This document shows positions 14,186 through 29,232 of a stretch of DNA of 64,000 bases, one piece after another; the stretch's first letter is position 1; each line of letters opens with the position of its first letter. A program made the position numbers and the translations under genes. Source of the DNA: Escherichia coli (GTDB lineage Bacteria; Pseudomonadota; Gammaproteobacteria; Enterobacterales; Enterobacteriaceae); NCBI RefSeq assembly GCF_003334315.1, contig NZ_QOWR01000011.1, one strand, 5' to 3'. The notes below the pieces were generated by a model. The model made no database searches. It worked only from the letters and a program-made list of their open reading frames with translations, and was not told where the DNA came from.

Positions 14186-14215
14186 GAAAAGAAAAAAGGC
14201 GGTCAACTGACCGCC
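14186..14215 (-). terminator. hairpin with U-tract between yidC and mnmE (terminator/attenuator on the minus strand)
   Basis: GGCGGTCA-ac-TGACCGCC stem preceded on the plus strand by an A-run (T-run on the minus strand). Confidence 0.55.
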
Positions 14216-14240
14216 CTTATTTTAGCGAAAACTCACCGAA

Positions 14241-15887
14241 TCAGGATTTTTTCTTCTCGCGGCTATGCAGGCCACGTTTTTCCAGACCACGGTAAATCAG
14301 CTGCTGCTGAATAATGGTTACCAGGTTGCTGACGATATAGTACAGCACCAGACCTGACGGGAACCACAGGAAGAACACGGTGAAGATGACCGGCATAAAG
14401 GTCATGATCTTCTGCTGCATCGGGTCGGTCACTGTGGTCGGCGACATCTTCTGAATGAAGAACATCGTTACGCCCATCAGGATCGGCAGGATGTAGTACG
14501 GGTCCTGTGCCGACAGGTCGTGGATCCACAGTGCAAACGGTGCCTGACGCAGTTCAACGGAACCCATCAGCATGTAGTACAACGCCAGGAAGATTGGCAT
14601 CTGGATCAGCAGCGGGAAGCAGCCGCCCAGCGGGTTAACCTTCTCAGCTTTGTACAGCGCCATCATTTCCTGGCTGATACGCTGTTTGTCATCGCCCAGA
14701 CGCTCACGCATTGCCTGAATCTTCGGCTGCAACATACGCATCTTCGCCATGGAGGTGTACTGCGCTTTGGTCAGCGGGTACATGATGCCACGAACGATAA
14801 AGGTGATGATGATAATGGAGAAGCCCCAGTTACCCACAAAGCTATGGATCCATTTCAGCAGTTTGAACAGCGGCTGAGAGATGAACCACAACCAACCGTA
14901 ATCAACGGTCAGATCCAGGTGCGGAGCAACAGCTGCCATTTTGTCCTGGATTTCCGGGCCAACCCACAGGGTGCTGTTCATCGCGCCAGTCTGACCAGGC
15001 TGAACCAATACCGGCTGAGATTTATAGCCGATAGCGGCGATGCCGTTACCCAGATTAGCGGTATAGAAGTTGTTGGTACCGTCGTTATGCGGGATCCACG
15101 CCGTCGCGAAATACTGTTGCAGCATCGCCACCCAACCACCTTTCGAAGAGATGTTCAGGTTTTCGTTATCGGCAATGGTATCGAACTTGTATTTCTCATA
15201 CTTCTCGTCAGGCGTGGAGTACGCCGCGCCACGGAAGGTGTGCAGTGCGAAGTTGCTGCTTCCGGTATCGAGATGCGGTGGCAGAGTGATGGATTGCTTC
15301 AACTGACCAAACGAGGAGATTTCCAGCGGTTTCTCGCCAGCGTTCTGCACGTTGTAGTTGACGTTGACAGCGTAATCACCACGTTTCAGGACAAACGTTT
15401 TGGTAAACGTGTTGCCTGCCGCGTCGGTATACGTCATCGGCACCTGCAGTTCGTTTTGACCTTCAGCCAGCACATAAGCGTCTTTTTCAACGTTATACAG
15501 CGGACGCGGGCCGTTAGCCGGGTTATCCGGGCCATCACGACCGGTCAGACCGCTCTGTGCCTGATAAATAAACTGCGGTGAAGTTTCCAACAGCTGGAAC
15601 GGCTGGGTAGAGTTCAGCTCTTTCGGGTAAGCAGGCAGCAGAGCTTGCTCAACATCACCACCACGGGTGTTGATGGTCAGATCAAGCACGTCGGTCTTAA
15701 CCGAGATCAGTTTCCCCTGGCCACTGGCCGGTACGCCCTGGTCGGCGGCGCTACCCGCTGCGGTGGTCGTTGTCTGCGTGGTCTGTTGGGCCTGAGGTTG
15801 CGGGTTTTTATCCTGCTCCCAGGCTTGCCAGATCATGAAAGACACGAACAGCAAAGCGATGACTAAAAGATTGCGTTGCGAATCCAT
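14241..15887 (-). CDS. yidC: membrane protein insertase YidC (Oxa1 family)
   Basis: 548-aa ORF; large periplasmic domain followed by the conserved 5-TM insertase core; conserved position next to rnpA/rpmH. Confidence 0.95.
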
Positions 15888-15889
15888 CG

Positions 15890-16147
15890 TTAGTGTTCTC
15901 TGGTATCAAATGGTCCGGGCGGGACGGGATCGTCACCACCAGGGTGTAAAGGGTGGCATTTTAATACGCGTTTCACCGTCAACCAACTGCCTTTTATCAC
16001 TCCAAACCTGCGCAATGCCTCAATTCCGTAGCTTGAACAGGTTGGAGTGAAACGACAATGCGGCCCGAGTAGCGGACTAATCAGGCGTTGATAGACCCGA
16101 ATGAGGGCTATCAGGACCCGCGAGCCAGGCGACAGTGGCGGCGCCAT
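15890..16147 (-). CDS. yidD: membrane protein insertion efficiency factor YidD
   Basis: 85-aa ORF whose 5' end overlaps the rnpA 3' end by 37 bp; conserved Cys motif (PTCSSYG). Confidence 0.85.
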
Positions 16148-16470
16148 AATTTTTCCAACGCTTCCGAGAGAGCACGGTTATCGAGGTCGGCAACCCCTTT
16201 TTTCGCCACCACCACGAAATCCATAGCCGGGAGTTCATGTTGGCGCAGACGGAAGCTTTCACGCGTCAGACGTTTAATCCGATTGCGTTCATGGGCGCGT
16301 CGAACGTTTTTCTTGGCGACTGTAAGACCGATACGGGGATGCCCCAGCGAATTCAGGCGGCCGAGAATGGTAATTTGCGGCGTGCCAGCCCGTTGTGGCT
16401 GCTGGAAGACGAATGTGAATTGACTGGGAGTTAACAAGCGTAACTCCCTGGGAAATGCGAGCTTAACCAC
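16111..16470 (-). CDS. rnpA: RNase P protein component
   Basis: 119-aa basic protein, GTG start; conserved position directly downstream of rpmH. Confidence 0.9.
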
Positions 16471-16486
16471 TCAGGGGTTAGCTTTA

Positions 16487-16639
<153 letters not shown>

Positions 16640-17015
16640 CTAAACTTGAATAAATTCAATGGCTTTATTGGATATCCGCCGAAAAATGAAACGATGGACA
16701 CCGAAGCCATGGGTGATTAAAGAGGCCGGATTGTAATAATTGTACACTCCGGAGTCAATTCTCTTTCCTTATTTACCGCGCTTTTCCGCACCTTTTCGCA
16801 GGGAAAATGTACGACCTCACACCAGTGGAAACCAGCATGGCGCGCCGGGTGGAGGATTATACGGGCTGATGGGTAAAGCGCAAGGATCGTCCTGGATCTT
16901 TATTAGATCGATTAAGCCAATTTTTGTCTATGGTCATTAAATTTTCCAATATGCGGCGTAAATCGTGCCCGCCTCGCGGCAGGATCGTTTACACTTAGCG
17001 AGTTCTGGAAAGTCC

Positions 17016-17024
17016 TGTGGATAA
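17016..17024. promoter_or_regulatory. consensus DnaA box (TGTGGATAA = TTATCCACA) in the dnaA promoter region
   Basis: Exact 9/9 match about 210 bp upstream of the dnaA GTG start; the autoregulatory box of dnaA promoters lies in this region. Confidence 0.7.
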
Positions 17025-17050
17025 ATCGGGAAAATCTGTGAGAAACAGAA

Positions 17051-17110
17051 GATCTCTTGCGCAGTTTAGGCTATGATCCGCGGTCCCGATCGTTTTGCAG
17101 GATCTTGATC
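17051..17110. promoter_or_regulatory. cluster of GATC (Dam methylation / SeqA) sites in the dnaA promoter region
   Basis: Five GATC tetranucleotides within about 60 bp (plus one at about 16983), far denser than chance. Confidence 0.6.
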
Positions 17111-17233
17111 GGGCATATAACCGCAGACAGCGGTTCGTGCGTCACCCTCAAGCAGGGTCTTTTCGACGTACGTCAACAATCATGAATGTTTCAGCCTTAG
17201 TCATTATCGACTTTTGTTCGAGTGGAGTCCGCC

Positions 17234-18637
17234 GTGTCACTTTCGCTTTGGCAGCAGTGTCTTGCCCGATTGCAGGATGAGTTACCAGCCACAGAATTCA
17301 GTATGTGGATACGCCCATTGCAGGCGGAACTGAGCGATAACACGCTGGCCCTGTACGCGCCAAACCGTTTTGTCCTCGATTGGGTACGGGACAAGTACCT
17401 TAATAATATCAATGGACTGCTAACCAGTTTCTGCGGAGCGGATGCCCCACAGCTGCGTTTTGAAGTCGGCACCAAACCGGTGACGCAAACGCCACAAGCG
17501 GCAGTGACGAGCAACGTCGCGGCCCCTGCACAGGTGGCGCAAACGCAGCCGCAACGTGCTGCGCCTTCTACGCGCTCAGGTTGGGATAACGTCCCGGCCC
17601 CGGCAGAACCGACCTATCGTTCTAACGTAAACGTCAAACACACGTTTGATAACTTCGTTGAAGGTAAATCTAACCAACTGGCGCGCGCGGCGGCTCGCCA
17701 GGTGGCGGATAACCCTGGCGGTGCCTATAACCCGTTGTTCCTTTATGGCGGCACGGGTCTGGGTAAAACTCACCTGCTGCATGCGGTGGGTAACGGCATT
17801 ATGGCGCGCAAGCCGAATGCCAAAGTGGTTTATATGCACTCCGAGCGCTTTGTTCAGGACATGGTTAAAGCCCTGCAAAACAACGCGATCGAAGAGTTTA
17901 AACGCTACTACCGTTCCGTAGATGCACTGCTGATCGACGATATTCAGTTTTTTGCTAATAAAGAACGATCTCAGGAAGAGTTTTTCCACACCTTCAACGC
18001 CCTGCTGGAAGGTAATCAACAGATCATTCTCACCTCGGATCGCTATCCGAAAGAGATCAACGGCGTTGAGGATCGTTTGAAATCCCGCTTCGGTTGGGGA
18101 CTGACTGTGGCGATCGAACCGCCAGAGCTGGAAACCCGTGTGGCGATCCTGATGAAAAAGGCCGACGAAAACGACATTCGTTTGCCGGGCGAAGTGGCGT
18201 TCTTTATCGCCAAGCGTCTACGATCTAACGTACGTGAGCTGGAAGGGGCGCTGAACCGCGTCATTGCCAATGCCAACTTTACCGGACGGGCGATCACCAT
18301 CGACTTCGTGCGTGAGGCGCTGCGCGACTTGCTGGCATTGCAGGAAAAACTGGTCACCATCGACAATATTCAGAAGACGGTGGCGGAGTACTACAAGATC
18401 AAAGTCGCGGATCTCCTTTCCAAGCGTCGATCCCGCTCGGTGGCGCGTCCGCGCCAGATGGCGATGGCGCTGGCGAAAGAGCTGACTAACCACAGTCTGC
18501 CGGAGATTGGCGATGCGTTTGGTGGCCGTGACCACACGACGGTGCTTCATGCCTGCCGTAAGATCGAGCAGTTGCGTGAAGAGAGCCACGATATCAAAGA
18601 AGATTTTTCAAATTTAATCAGAACATTGTCATCGTAA
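17234..18637 (+). CDS. dnaA: chromosomal replication initiator protein DnaA
   Basis: ORF track 17222..18637 trimmed to GTG at 17234 ([14 protein letters not shown]...); AAA+ Walker [11 protein letters not shown]; C-terminal DNA-binding domain. Confidence 0.97.
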
Positions 18638-18641
18638 ACCT

Positions 18642-19741
18642 ATGAAATTTACCGTAGAACGTGAGCATTTATTAAAACCGCTACAACAGGTGAGCGGTCC
18701 GTTAGGTGGTCGTCCTACGCTACCGATTCTCGGTAATCTGCTGTTACAGGTTGCTGACGGTACGTTGTCGCTGACCGGTACTGATCTCGAGATGGAAATG
18801 GTGGCACGTGTTGCGCTGGTTCAGCCACACGAGCCAGGAGCGACGACCGTTCCGGCGCGCAAATTCTTTGATATCTGCCGTGGTCTGCCTGAAGGCGCGG
18901 AAATTGCCGTGCAGCTGGAAGGTGAACGGATGCTGGTACGCTCCGGGCGTAGCCGTTTTTCGCTGTCTACCCTGCCAGCGGCGGATTTCCCGAACCTCGA
19001 TGACTGGCAGAGTGAAGTCGAATTTACCCTGCCGCAGGCAACGATGAAGCGTCTGATTGAAGCGACCCAGTTTTCTATGGCGCATCAGGACGTTCGCTAT
19101 TACTTAAATGGTATGCTGTTTGAAACCGAAGGTGAAGAACTGCGCACCGTGGCAACCGACGGCCACCGTCTGGCGGTCTGTTCAATGCCAATTGGTCAAT
19201 CTTTGCCAAGCCATTCGGTGATCGTACCGCGTAAAGGCGTGATTGAACTGATGCGTATGCTCGACGGCGGCGACAATCCGCTGCGCGTACAGATTGGCAG
19301 CAACAACATTCGCGCCCACGTTGGCGACTTTATCTTCACCTCCAAACTGGTGGATGGTCGCTTCCCGGATTATCGCCGCGTTCTGCCGAAGAACCCGGAC
19401 AAACATCTGGAAGCTGGCTGCGATCTGCTCAAGCAGGCGTTTGCTCGCGCGGCGATTCTCTCTAACGAGAAATTCCGCGGCGTACGTCTTTATGTCAGCG
19501 AAAACCAGCTGAAAATCACCGCCAACAACCCGGAACAGGAAGAAGCGGAAGAGATCCTCGACGTTACCTATAGCGGTGCGGAGATGGAAATCGGCTTCAA
19601 CGTCAGTTATGTGCTGGATGTTCTGAACGCGCTGAAATGCGAAAACGTCCGCATGATGCTGACCGATTCGGTTTCCAGCGTGCAGATTGAAGATGCGGCC
19701 AGCCAGAGCGCGGCTTATGTTGTCATGCCAATGAGACTGTA

Positions 19742-19742
<1 letters not shown>
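18642..19742 (+). CDS. dnaN: DNA polymerase III beta sliding clamp
   Basis: 366-aa ORF starting [21 protein letters not shown]; conserved dnaA-dnaN-recF order. Confidence 0.97.
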
Positions 19743-23258
<3,516 letters not shown>

Positions 23259-23279
23259 TGGCGCTAACCATGCGAGCGT

Positions 23280-23378
23280 GCCTGATGCGCTACGCTTATC
23301 AGGCCTACGAAAATCTTGCAATGTATTGAATTTTCATGATTTTGTAGGCCGGATAAGGCGTTCACGCCGCATCCGGCA
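23280..23378. repeat. pair of REP (repetitive extragenic palindromic) elements forming a BIME-like unit downstream of gyrB
   Basis: GCCTGATGCGCTACGCTTATCAGGCCTAC and GTAGGCCGGATAAGGCGTTCACGCCGCATCCGGCA are canonical REP palindromes. Confidence 0.7.
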
Positions 23379-23390
23379 AGAAGCTATAAG

Positions 23391-23423
23391 AAAAGGGCGG
23401 AGATCATCTCCGCCCTTTTTATT
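23391..23423 (+). terminator. rho-independent terminator after gyrB
   Basis: GGGCGGAGAT-c-ATCTCCGCCC stem followed by TTTTTATTT. Confidence 0.75.
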
Positions 23424-23497
23424 TCTGCAATCCGCAATTATCATCCCGCAAATCTATACTTTTTGGGTCAACACGTAACGCTTTACAGGTGATTATC

Positions 23498-23896
23498 ATG
23501 GGGCTTTTTGATGAAGTTGTCGGTGCCTTTCTGAAAGGCGATGCGGGGAAATATCAGGCTATTTTAAGTTGAGTTGAGGAGCAGGGCGGCATTCAGGTGC
23601 TGCTGGAAAAACTGCAAAGTGGCGGCTTAGGGGCCATTCTCTCAACCTGGCTGAGTAATCAACAGGGCAATCAATCGGTTAGTGGCGAGCAACTGGAATC
23701 GGCGCTCGGCACAAATGCGGTGTCCGATCTCGGGCAAAAACTTGGCGTGGATACCAGTACAGCTTCCAGTTTACTGGCAGAACAATTGCCGAAGATTATT
23801 GATGCGCTCTCACCGCAAGGTGAAGTGTCACCACAAGCCAATAACGATCTGCTTTCCGCAGGCATGGAACTGCTGAAAGGGAAACTCTTCCGCTAA
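23498..23896 (+). pseudogene. yidB: DUF937-family protein gene interrupted by an in-frame opal codon (TGA at 23570..23572)
   Basis: ATG at 23498 with upstream GGTGA gives MGLFDEVVGAFLKGDAGKYQAILS then TGA; the same frame continues VEEQGGIQVLLEKLQ... to 23896; read-through is exactly 132 aa. Confidence 0.7.
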
Positions 23897-24010
23897 GCAA
23901 AAAGGGAGCACGCAACGCGCGTTGCATCCCCCTTTTCCCTCGGGTGTTGTACTGATTTTTGAGCGGAATCGCGTTAGCATGGGTCAGGAACCAATCTACC
24001 TGGGGAACTC

Positions 24011-24823
24011 ATGGCTATTAAACTCATTGCTATCGATATGGATGGCACCCTTCTGCTGCCCGATCACACCATTTCACCCGCCGTTAAAAATGCGATTGCC
24101 GCAGCTCGCGCCCGTGGCGTGAATGTCGTGCTAACGACGGGTCGCCCGTATGCAGGTGTGCACAACTACCTGAAAGAGCTGCATATGGAACAGCCGGGCG
24201 ACTACTGCATTACTTATAACGGCGCGCTGGTACAGAAGGCCGCTGATGGTAGCACCGTGGCGCAAACTGCTCTCAGCTATGACGACTATCGTTTCCTGGA
24301 AAAACTCTCTCGCGAAGTCGGTTCTCATTTCCACGCCCTGGACCGCACCACGCTGTACACCGCCAACCGTGATATCAGCTACTACACGGTGCATGAATCC
24401 TTCGTTGCCACCATTCCGCTGGTGTTCTGCGAAGCGGAGAAAATGGACCCCAATACCCAGTTCCTGAAAGTGATGATGATTGATGAACCCGCCATCCTCG
24501 ACCAGGCTATCGCGCGTATTCCGCAGGAAGTGAAAGAGAAATATACCGTGCTGAAAAGTGCGCCGTACTTCCTCGAAATCCTCGATAAACGCGTTAACAA
24601 AGGTACGGGGGTGAAATCACTGGCCGACGTGTTAGGTATTAAACCGGAAGAAATCATGGCGATTGGCGATCAGGAAAACGATATCGCAATGATTGAATAT
24701 GCAGGCGTCGGTGTGGCGATGGATAACGCTATTCCTTCAGTGAAAGAAGTGGCGAACTTTGTCACCAAATCTAACCTTGAAGATGGCGTGGCGTTTGCTA
24801 TTGAGAAGTATGTGCTGAATTAA
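24011..24823 (+). CDS. yidA: HAD-superfamily (Cof-type) sugar phosphatase
   Basis: 270-aa ORF; HAD motif I IAIDMDGTLL and Cof-family C-terminal motifs. Confidence 0.9.
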   Translation: MAIKLIAIDMDGTLLLPDHTISPAVKNAIAAARARGVNVVLTTGRPYAGVHNYLKELHMEQPGDYCITYNGALVQKAADGSTVAQTALSYDDYRFLEKLSREVGSHFHALDRTTLYTANRDISYYTVHESFVATIPLVFCEAEKMDPNTQFLKVMMIDEPAILDQAIARIPQEVKEKYTVLKSAPYFLEILDKRVNKGTGVKSLADVLGIKPEEIMAIGDQENDIAMIEYAGVGVAMDNAIPSVKEVANFVTKSNLEDGVAFAIEKYVLN

Positions 24824-24830
24824 TCTGTGG

Positions 24831-24861
24831 GCGGGCAAACAGCATAAACGCGTTTGCCCGC
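24831..24861. terminator. bidirectional hairpin terminator between convergent yidA and yidX
   Basis: GCGGGCAAAC...GTTTGCCCGC 10-bp stem. Confidence 0.6.
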
Positions 24862-24868
24862 TTACTGA

Positions 24869-25525
24869 TTATTGGTTTACTGCATATACAACCAGAAATT
24901 GCAGCGGTGCAGTAATGATGTCCAGCGTAACAGTCACTGGCAGTAATGCTGCGGAAACACCATCCGGAATGCCTCTGGGTGAATAGTATTCATAAAATCG
25001 CACTTTAAATGGATGGTAGAACGCCATCACCTTTGAGTAATCCATGTTTTTATTTTTCTCATGGATTGTGCCTTTTAGGTTTTCCAGTGACCTGGTACAG
25101 TGTTGAACACCACAGGCAAAACCATAATGCGTTGCCAGTGCCTTTTCTTCTTCGTTATTCCAGTAGTAGTAAAGCGATATTGTGCCGGTAAATTTCTTTT
25201 TCCCCGCATTTAAAACAAATCTTGCGTCATCGGCAACCTGAATATTGTGCCGGTTAAGTGCTGGATCATTGAGCATCTTAACGATGTCATCGGCACCATC
25301 AGTGATAAGGTAATCCAGCGATTCCCCTACAAAAACATAGCCTTTTGTTCCATTACTATCTTTTGCCTGCGATAGCCCAGTGATGGTGTCTGACTGCGAT
25401 TGATACTTTCCTGAACTACCCTTTGCGGTATGGGAAACCAGAGCATACGAGATACAGCCTGAAAGCATCAGCGCCAGTGGGAATAAACCGGCAGCCTTAA
25501 AAAATCCCTTAAAATTCAACTTCAT
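24869..25525 (-). CDS. yidX: putative lipoprotein
   Basis: ORF track 24869..25642 trimmed to Met at 25525 ([24 protein letters not shown]): lipoprotein signal peptide with lipobox LSGC; 218 aa. Confidence 0.7.
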
Positions 25526-25662
25526 GATTAATCCTTTAAACGAGTAGCTAAGCCGTTGAAAGCATACTCTTCTTTCCCTCCTGTTTAGCGCCTGATATCC
25601 CTTTTCAGATTTCTGCCCGACGCATGTCATTTTTTTATGCATTGTTCTTTTTGTGATCTAAA

Positions 25663-25737
25663 TTGTAGTACAACAATATAAGTTTGTACTACATTACACG
25701 CACGGCAAACGCGAACGTCATCACGCTGGTACTACAA
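25663..25737. promoter_or_regulatory. repeated TTGTA(G/C)TACA operator-like motifs in the dgo promoter (candidate DgoR operator)
   Basis: TTGTAGTACA, its inverted copy TTGTACTACA and a third partial copy GTACTACAA lie within about 75 bp upstream of dgoR. Confidence 0.55.
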
Positions 25738-25802
25738 AGTTGCCGCGTTATGCATCGATCGGGGTAAAGTAGAGAAGAACATACAGAGCACAAGGACTCT
25801 CC

Positions 25803-26492
25803 ATGACTCTCAATAAAACCGATCGCATTGTCATTACGCTGGGTAAACAGATCGTTCACGGCAAATACGTGCCAGGCTCGCCGCTTCCGGCTGAGGCGGA
25901 ACTCTGTGAGGAGTTTGCAACCTCGCGCAACATCATCCGTGAGGTGTTCCGTTCGCTGATGGCGAAGCGGCTGATTGAAATGAAACGTTATCGCGGGGCG
26001 TTTGTGGCACCGCGTAACCAGTGGAATTACCTCGACACTGACGTACTGCAATGGGTGCTGGAAAATGACTACGACCCACGGCTTATCAGTGCCATGAGCG
26101 AAGTGCGAAATCTGGTGGAACCGGCGATTGCCCGTTGGGCAGCAGAGCGCGCGACTTCCAGCGATCTGGCGCAGATTGAATCGGCGCTGAACGAGATGAT
26201 TGCCAACAATCAGGACCGCGAAGCGTTTAACGAAGCGGATATTCGCTACCACGAGGCGGTGCTGCAGTCGGTGCATAACCCGGTGTTACAGCAACTTAGC
26301 ATTGCGATCAGTTCGCTGCAGCGGGCGGTTTTTGAACGAACCTGGATGGGCGATGAGGCCAACATGCCGCAAACGCTCCAGGAACATAAGGCGCTGTTCG
26401 ATGCGATACGACATCAGGACGGCGATGCGGCAGAGCAGGCGGCGCTTACCATGATCGCCAGCTCGACACGAAGGTTAAAGGAAATCACATGA
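25803..26492 (+). CDS. dgoR: GntR/FadR-family repressor of the D-galactonate operon
   Basis: 229-aa ORF; N-terminal winged HTH; first gene of dgoRKADT. Confidence 0.9.
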   Translation: MTLNKTDRIVITLGKQIVHGKYVPGSPLPAEAELCEEFATSRNIIREVFRSLMAKRLIEMKRYRGAFVAPRNQWNYLDTDVLQWVLENDYDPRLISAMSEVRNLVEPAIARWAAERATSSDLAQIESALNEMIANNQDREAFNEADIRYHEAVLQSVHNPVLQQLSIAISSLQRAVFERTWMGDEANMPQTLQEHKALFDAIRHQDGDAAEQAALTMIASSTRRLKEIT

Positions 26493-27367
26493 CAGCTCGC
26501 TACATCGCAATTGACTGGGGATCGACCAATCTGCGCGCCTGGCTTTATCAGGGCGACCACTGCCTGGAGAGCAGGCAATCAGAAGCAGGCGTCACGCGCC
26601 TGAACGGAAAATCTCCGGCTGCGGTGTTAGCAGAAGTCACGACCGACTGGCGTGAAGAGAAAACGCCAGTGGTAATGGCAGGAATGGTTGGCAGCAACGT
26701 CGGCTGGAAAGTTGCACCGTATTTATCTGTTCCTGCCTGTTTTTCGTCTATTGGCGAACAATTAACGTCAGTTGGCGACAATATCTGGATTATTCCCGGA
26801 TTATGCGTCTCTCATGACGATAACCACAATGTGATGCGCGGCGAAGAAACACAATTGATCGGCGCGCGAACTCTGGCTCCTTCCTCTCTTTATGTTATGC
26901 CCGGTACGCATTGCAAATGGGTGCAGGCCGATAGCCAGCAAATCAACGATTTTCGCACCGTGATGACCGGTGAATTACATCATTTACTGTTAAATCACTC
27001 ATTGATTGGCGCAGGTTTGCCGCCGCAGGAAAACTCTGCCGATGCCTTCGCGGCTGGCCTTGAGCGCGGCCTTAATGCGCCCGCCATATTGCCGCAGCTT
27101 TTTGAAGTTCGCGCCTCGCATGTGCTGGGAACACTTCCCCGCGAACAGGTCAGCGAATTTCTCTCTGGTTTGTTGATTGGCGCAGAGGTTGCCAGTATGC
27201 GCGACTATGTGACCCATCAACACGCCATCACCCTTGTCGCCGGAACATCGCTGACCGCGCGCTACCAGCAAGCCTTTCAGGCGATGGGTTGCGACGTGAC
27301 GGCGGTGGCGGGCGACACGGCATTTCAGGCTGGTATAAGGAGCATCGCTCATGCAGTGGCAAACTAA
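26489..27367 (+). CDS. dgoK: 2-dehydro-3-deoxygalactonokinase
   Basis: 292-aa ORF; overlaps dgoR stop (ATGA) and dgoA start. Confidence 0.9.
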   Translation: MTARYIAIDWGSTNLRAWLYQGDHCLESRQSEAGVTRLNGKSPAAVLAEVTTDWREEKTPVVMAGMVGSNVGWKVAPYLSVPACFSSIGEQLTSVGDNIWIIPGLCVSHDDNHNVMRGEETQLIGARTLAPSSLYVMPGTHCKWVQADSQQINDFRTVMTGELHHLLLNHSLIGAGLPPQENSADAFAAGLERGLNAPAILPQLFEVRASHVLGTLPREQVSEFLSGLLIGAEVASMRDYVTHQHAITLVAGTSLTARYQQAFQAMGCDVTAVAGDTAFQAGIRSIAHAVAN

Positions 27368-27968
27368 ACTTCCGCTGATCGCCATTTTGCGCGGCATTAA
27401 GCCCGACGAGGCGCTGGCGCATGTTGGCGCGGTGATTGACGCCGGGTTCGACGCGGTTGAAATCCCGCTGAATTCCCCACAATGGGAGCAAAGCATTCCC
27501 GCCATCGTTGATGCGTATGGCGACAAGGCGTTGATTGGCGCAGGTACGGTACTGAAACCTGAACAGGTCGATGCGCTCGCCAGGATGGGCTGTCAGCTCA
27601 TCGTTACGCCCAATATCCATAGTGAAGTGATCCGCCGTGCGGTGGGCTACGGCATGACCGTCTGCCCCGGCTGCGCGACGGCGACCGAAGCCTTTACCGC
27701 GCTCGAAGCGGGCGCGCAGGCGCTGAAAATATTTCCGTCATCGGCTTTTGGTCCGCAATACATCAAAGCGTTAAAAGCGGTATTGCCATCGGACATCGCA
27801 GTCTTTGCCGTTGGCGGCGTGACGCCAGAAAACCTGGCGCAGTGGATAGACGCAGGTTGTGCTGGGGCGGGCTTAGGCAGCGATCTCTATCGCGCCGGGC
27901 AGTCCGTAGAACGCACCGCGCAGCAGGCAGCAGCATTTGTTAAGGCGTATCGAGAGGCAGTGCAATGA
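27351..27968 (+). CDS. dgoA: 2-dehydro-3-deoxy-6-phosphogalactonate aldolase
   Basis: 205-aa ORF, KDPG/KHG aldolase family; 17-bp overlap with dgoK. Confidence 0.9.
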   Translation: MQWQTKLPLIAILRGIKPDEALAHVGAVIDAGFDAVEIPLNSPQWEQSIPAIVDAYGDKALIGAGTVLKPEQVDALARMGCQLIVTPNIHSEVIRRAVGYGMTVCPGCATATEAFTALEAGAQALKIFPSSAFGPQYIKALKAVLPSDIAVFAVGGVTPENLAQWIDAGCAGAGLGSDLYRAGQSVERTAQQAAAFVKAYREAVQ

Positions 27969-29113
27969 AAATCACCAAAATTACCACGTATCGTTTACCT
28001 CCCCGCTGGATGTTCCTGAAAATTGAAACCGATGAAGGCGTGGTCGGCTGGGGCGAGCCAGTGATTGAAGGCCGCGCCCGCACGGTGGAAGCGGCAGTTC
28101 ACGAGCTGAGCGACTATTTGATTGGTCAGGATCCATCGCGCATCAACGACTTATGGCAAGTGATGTATCGCGCCGGATTTTATCGTGGCGGTCCAATCCT
28201 GATGAGCGCCATCGCCGGGATCGACCAGGCGTTATGGGATATCAAAGGCAAAGTGCTGAATGCGCCGGTCTGGCAACTGATGGGCGGCCTGGTTCGCGAC
28301 AAAATTAAAGCCTACAGTTGGGTCGGCGGCGATCGTCCGGCGGATGTTATCGACGGCATTAAAACGCTACGCGAAATCGGCTTCGATACCTTTAAACTGA
28401 ACGGTTGTGAAGAACTGGGGCTAATTGATAACTCCCGCGCGGTAGATGCGGCAGTCAACACCGTGGCACAAATTCGTGAAGCTTTTGGCAATCAGATTGA
28501 GTTTGGTCTTGATTTCCACGGTCGCGTCAGCGCGCCGATGGCGAAAGTGCTGATTAAAGAACTGGAGCCGTATCGCCCACTGTTTATTGAAGAGCCGGTG
28601 CTGGCAGAACAAGCCGAATACTACCCGAAACTGGCGGCACAAACGCATATTCCGCTGGCGGCGGGTGAGCGCATGTTCTCACGCTTCGATTTTAAACGCG
28701 TGCTGGAGGCGGGCGGTATTTCGATTCTGCAACCGGATCTCTCCCACGCGGGCGGTATTACCGAATGCTACAAAATTGCCGGAATGGCAGAAGCCTATGA
28801 TGTGACCCTTGCGCCGCACTGTCCGCTCGGACCGATTGCACTGGCGGCTTGTCTGCATATCGACTTTGTTTCCTATAACGCGGTACTTCAGGAACAAAGT
28901 ATGGGCATTCATTACAACAAAGGCGCGGAGTTACTCGACTTTGTGAAAAACAAAGAAGACTTCAGCATGGTTGGCGGCTTCTTTAAACCGTTAACGAAAC
29001 CGGGCTTAGGCGTGGAAATCGACGAAGCTAAAGTTATTGAGTTCAGTAAAAATGCCCCGGACTGGCGTAATCCGCTCTGGCGTCATGAAGATAACAGCGT
29101 AGCAGAGTGGTAA
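27965..29113 (+). CDS. dgoD: D-galactonate dehydratase (enolase superfamily)
   Basis: 382-aa ORF; mandelate racemase / muconate lactonizing enzyme family signature. Confidence 0.92.
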   Translation: MKITKITTYRLPPRWMFLKIETDEGVVGWGEPVIEGRARTVEAAVHELSDYLIGQDPSRINDLWQVMYRAGFYRGGPILMSAIAGIDQALWDIKGKVLNAPVWQLMGGLVRDKIKAYSWVGGDRPADVIDGIKTLREIGFDTFKLNGCEELGLIDNSRAVDAAVNTVAQIREAFGNQIEFGLDFHGRVSAPMAKVLIKELEPYRPLFIEEPVLAEQAEYYPKLAAQTHIPLAAGERMFSRFDFKRVLEAGGISILQPDLSHAGGITECYKIAGMAEAYDVTLAPHCPLGPIALAACLHIDFVSYNAVLQEQSMGIHYNKGAELLDFVKNKEDFSMVGGFFKPLTKPGLGVEIDEAKVIEFSKNAPDWRNPLWRHEDNSVAEW

Positions 29114-29232
29114 TTCCTGCCACGTAAGCCCCTCATCGGGCACTAAAACAGCAATACAAAAATATAACCCTCTGTAAATTACAGGGCATGGTGAGCGGCT
29201 TCGCTATGCCCAAAATCTGGAGAAAGCTCGCT

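Noticed and set aside
14520-15581. 353-aa ORF on the plus strand antisense to yidC
   Set aside because: Lies entirely inside the strongly supported yidC CDS on the opposite strand; no recognisable domain, no RBS; typical shadow ORF in GC-rich coding sequence.
23278-23478. 66-aa ORF downstream of gyrB
   Set aside because: Runs through the REP palindromes and the gyrB terminator; an artefact of the repeat sequence.
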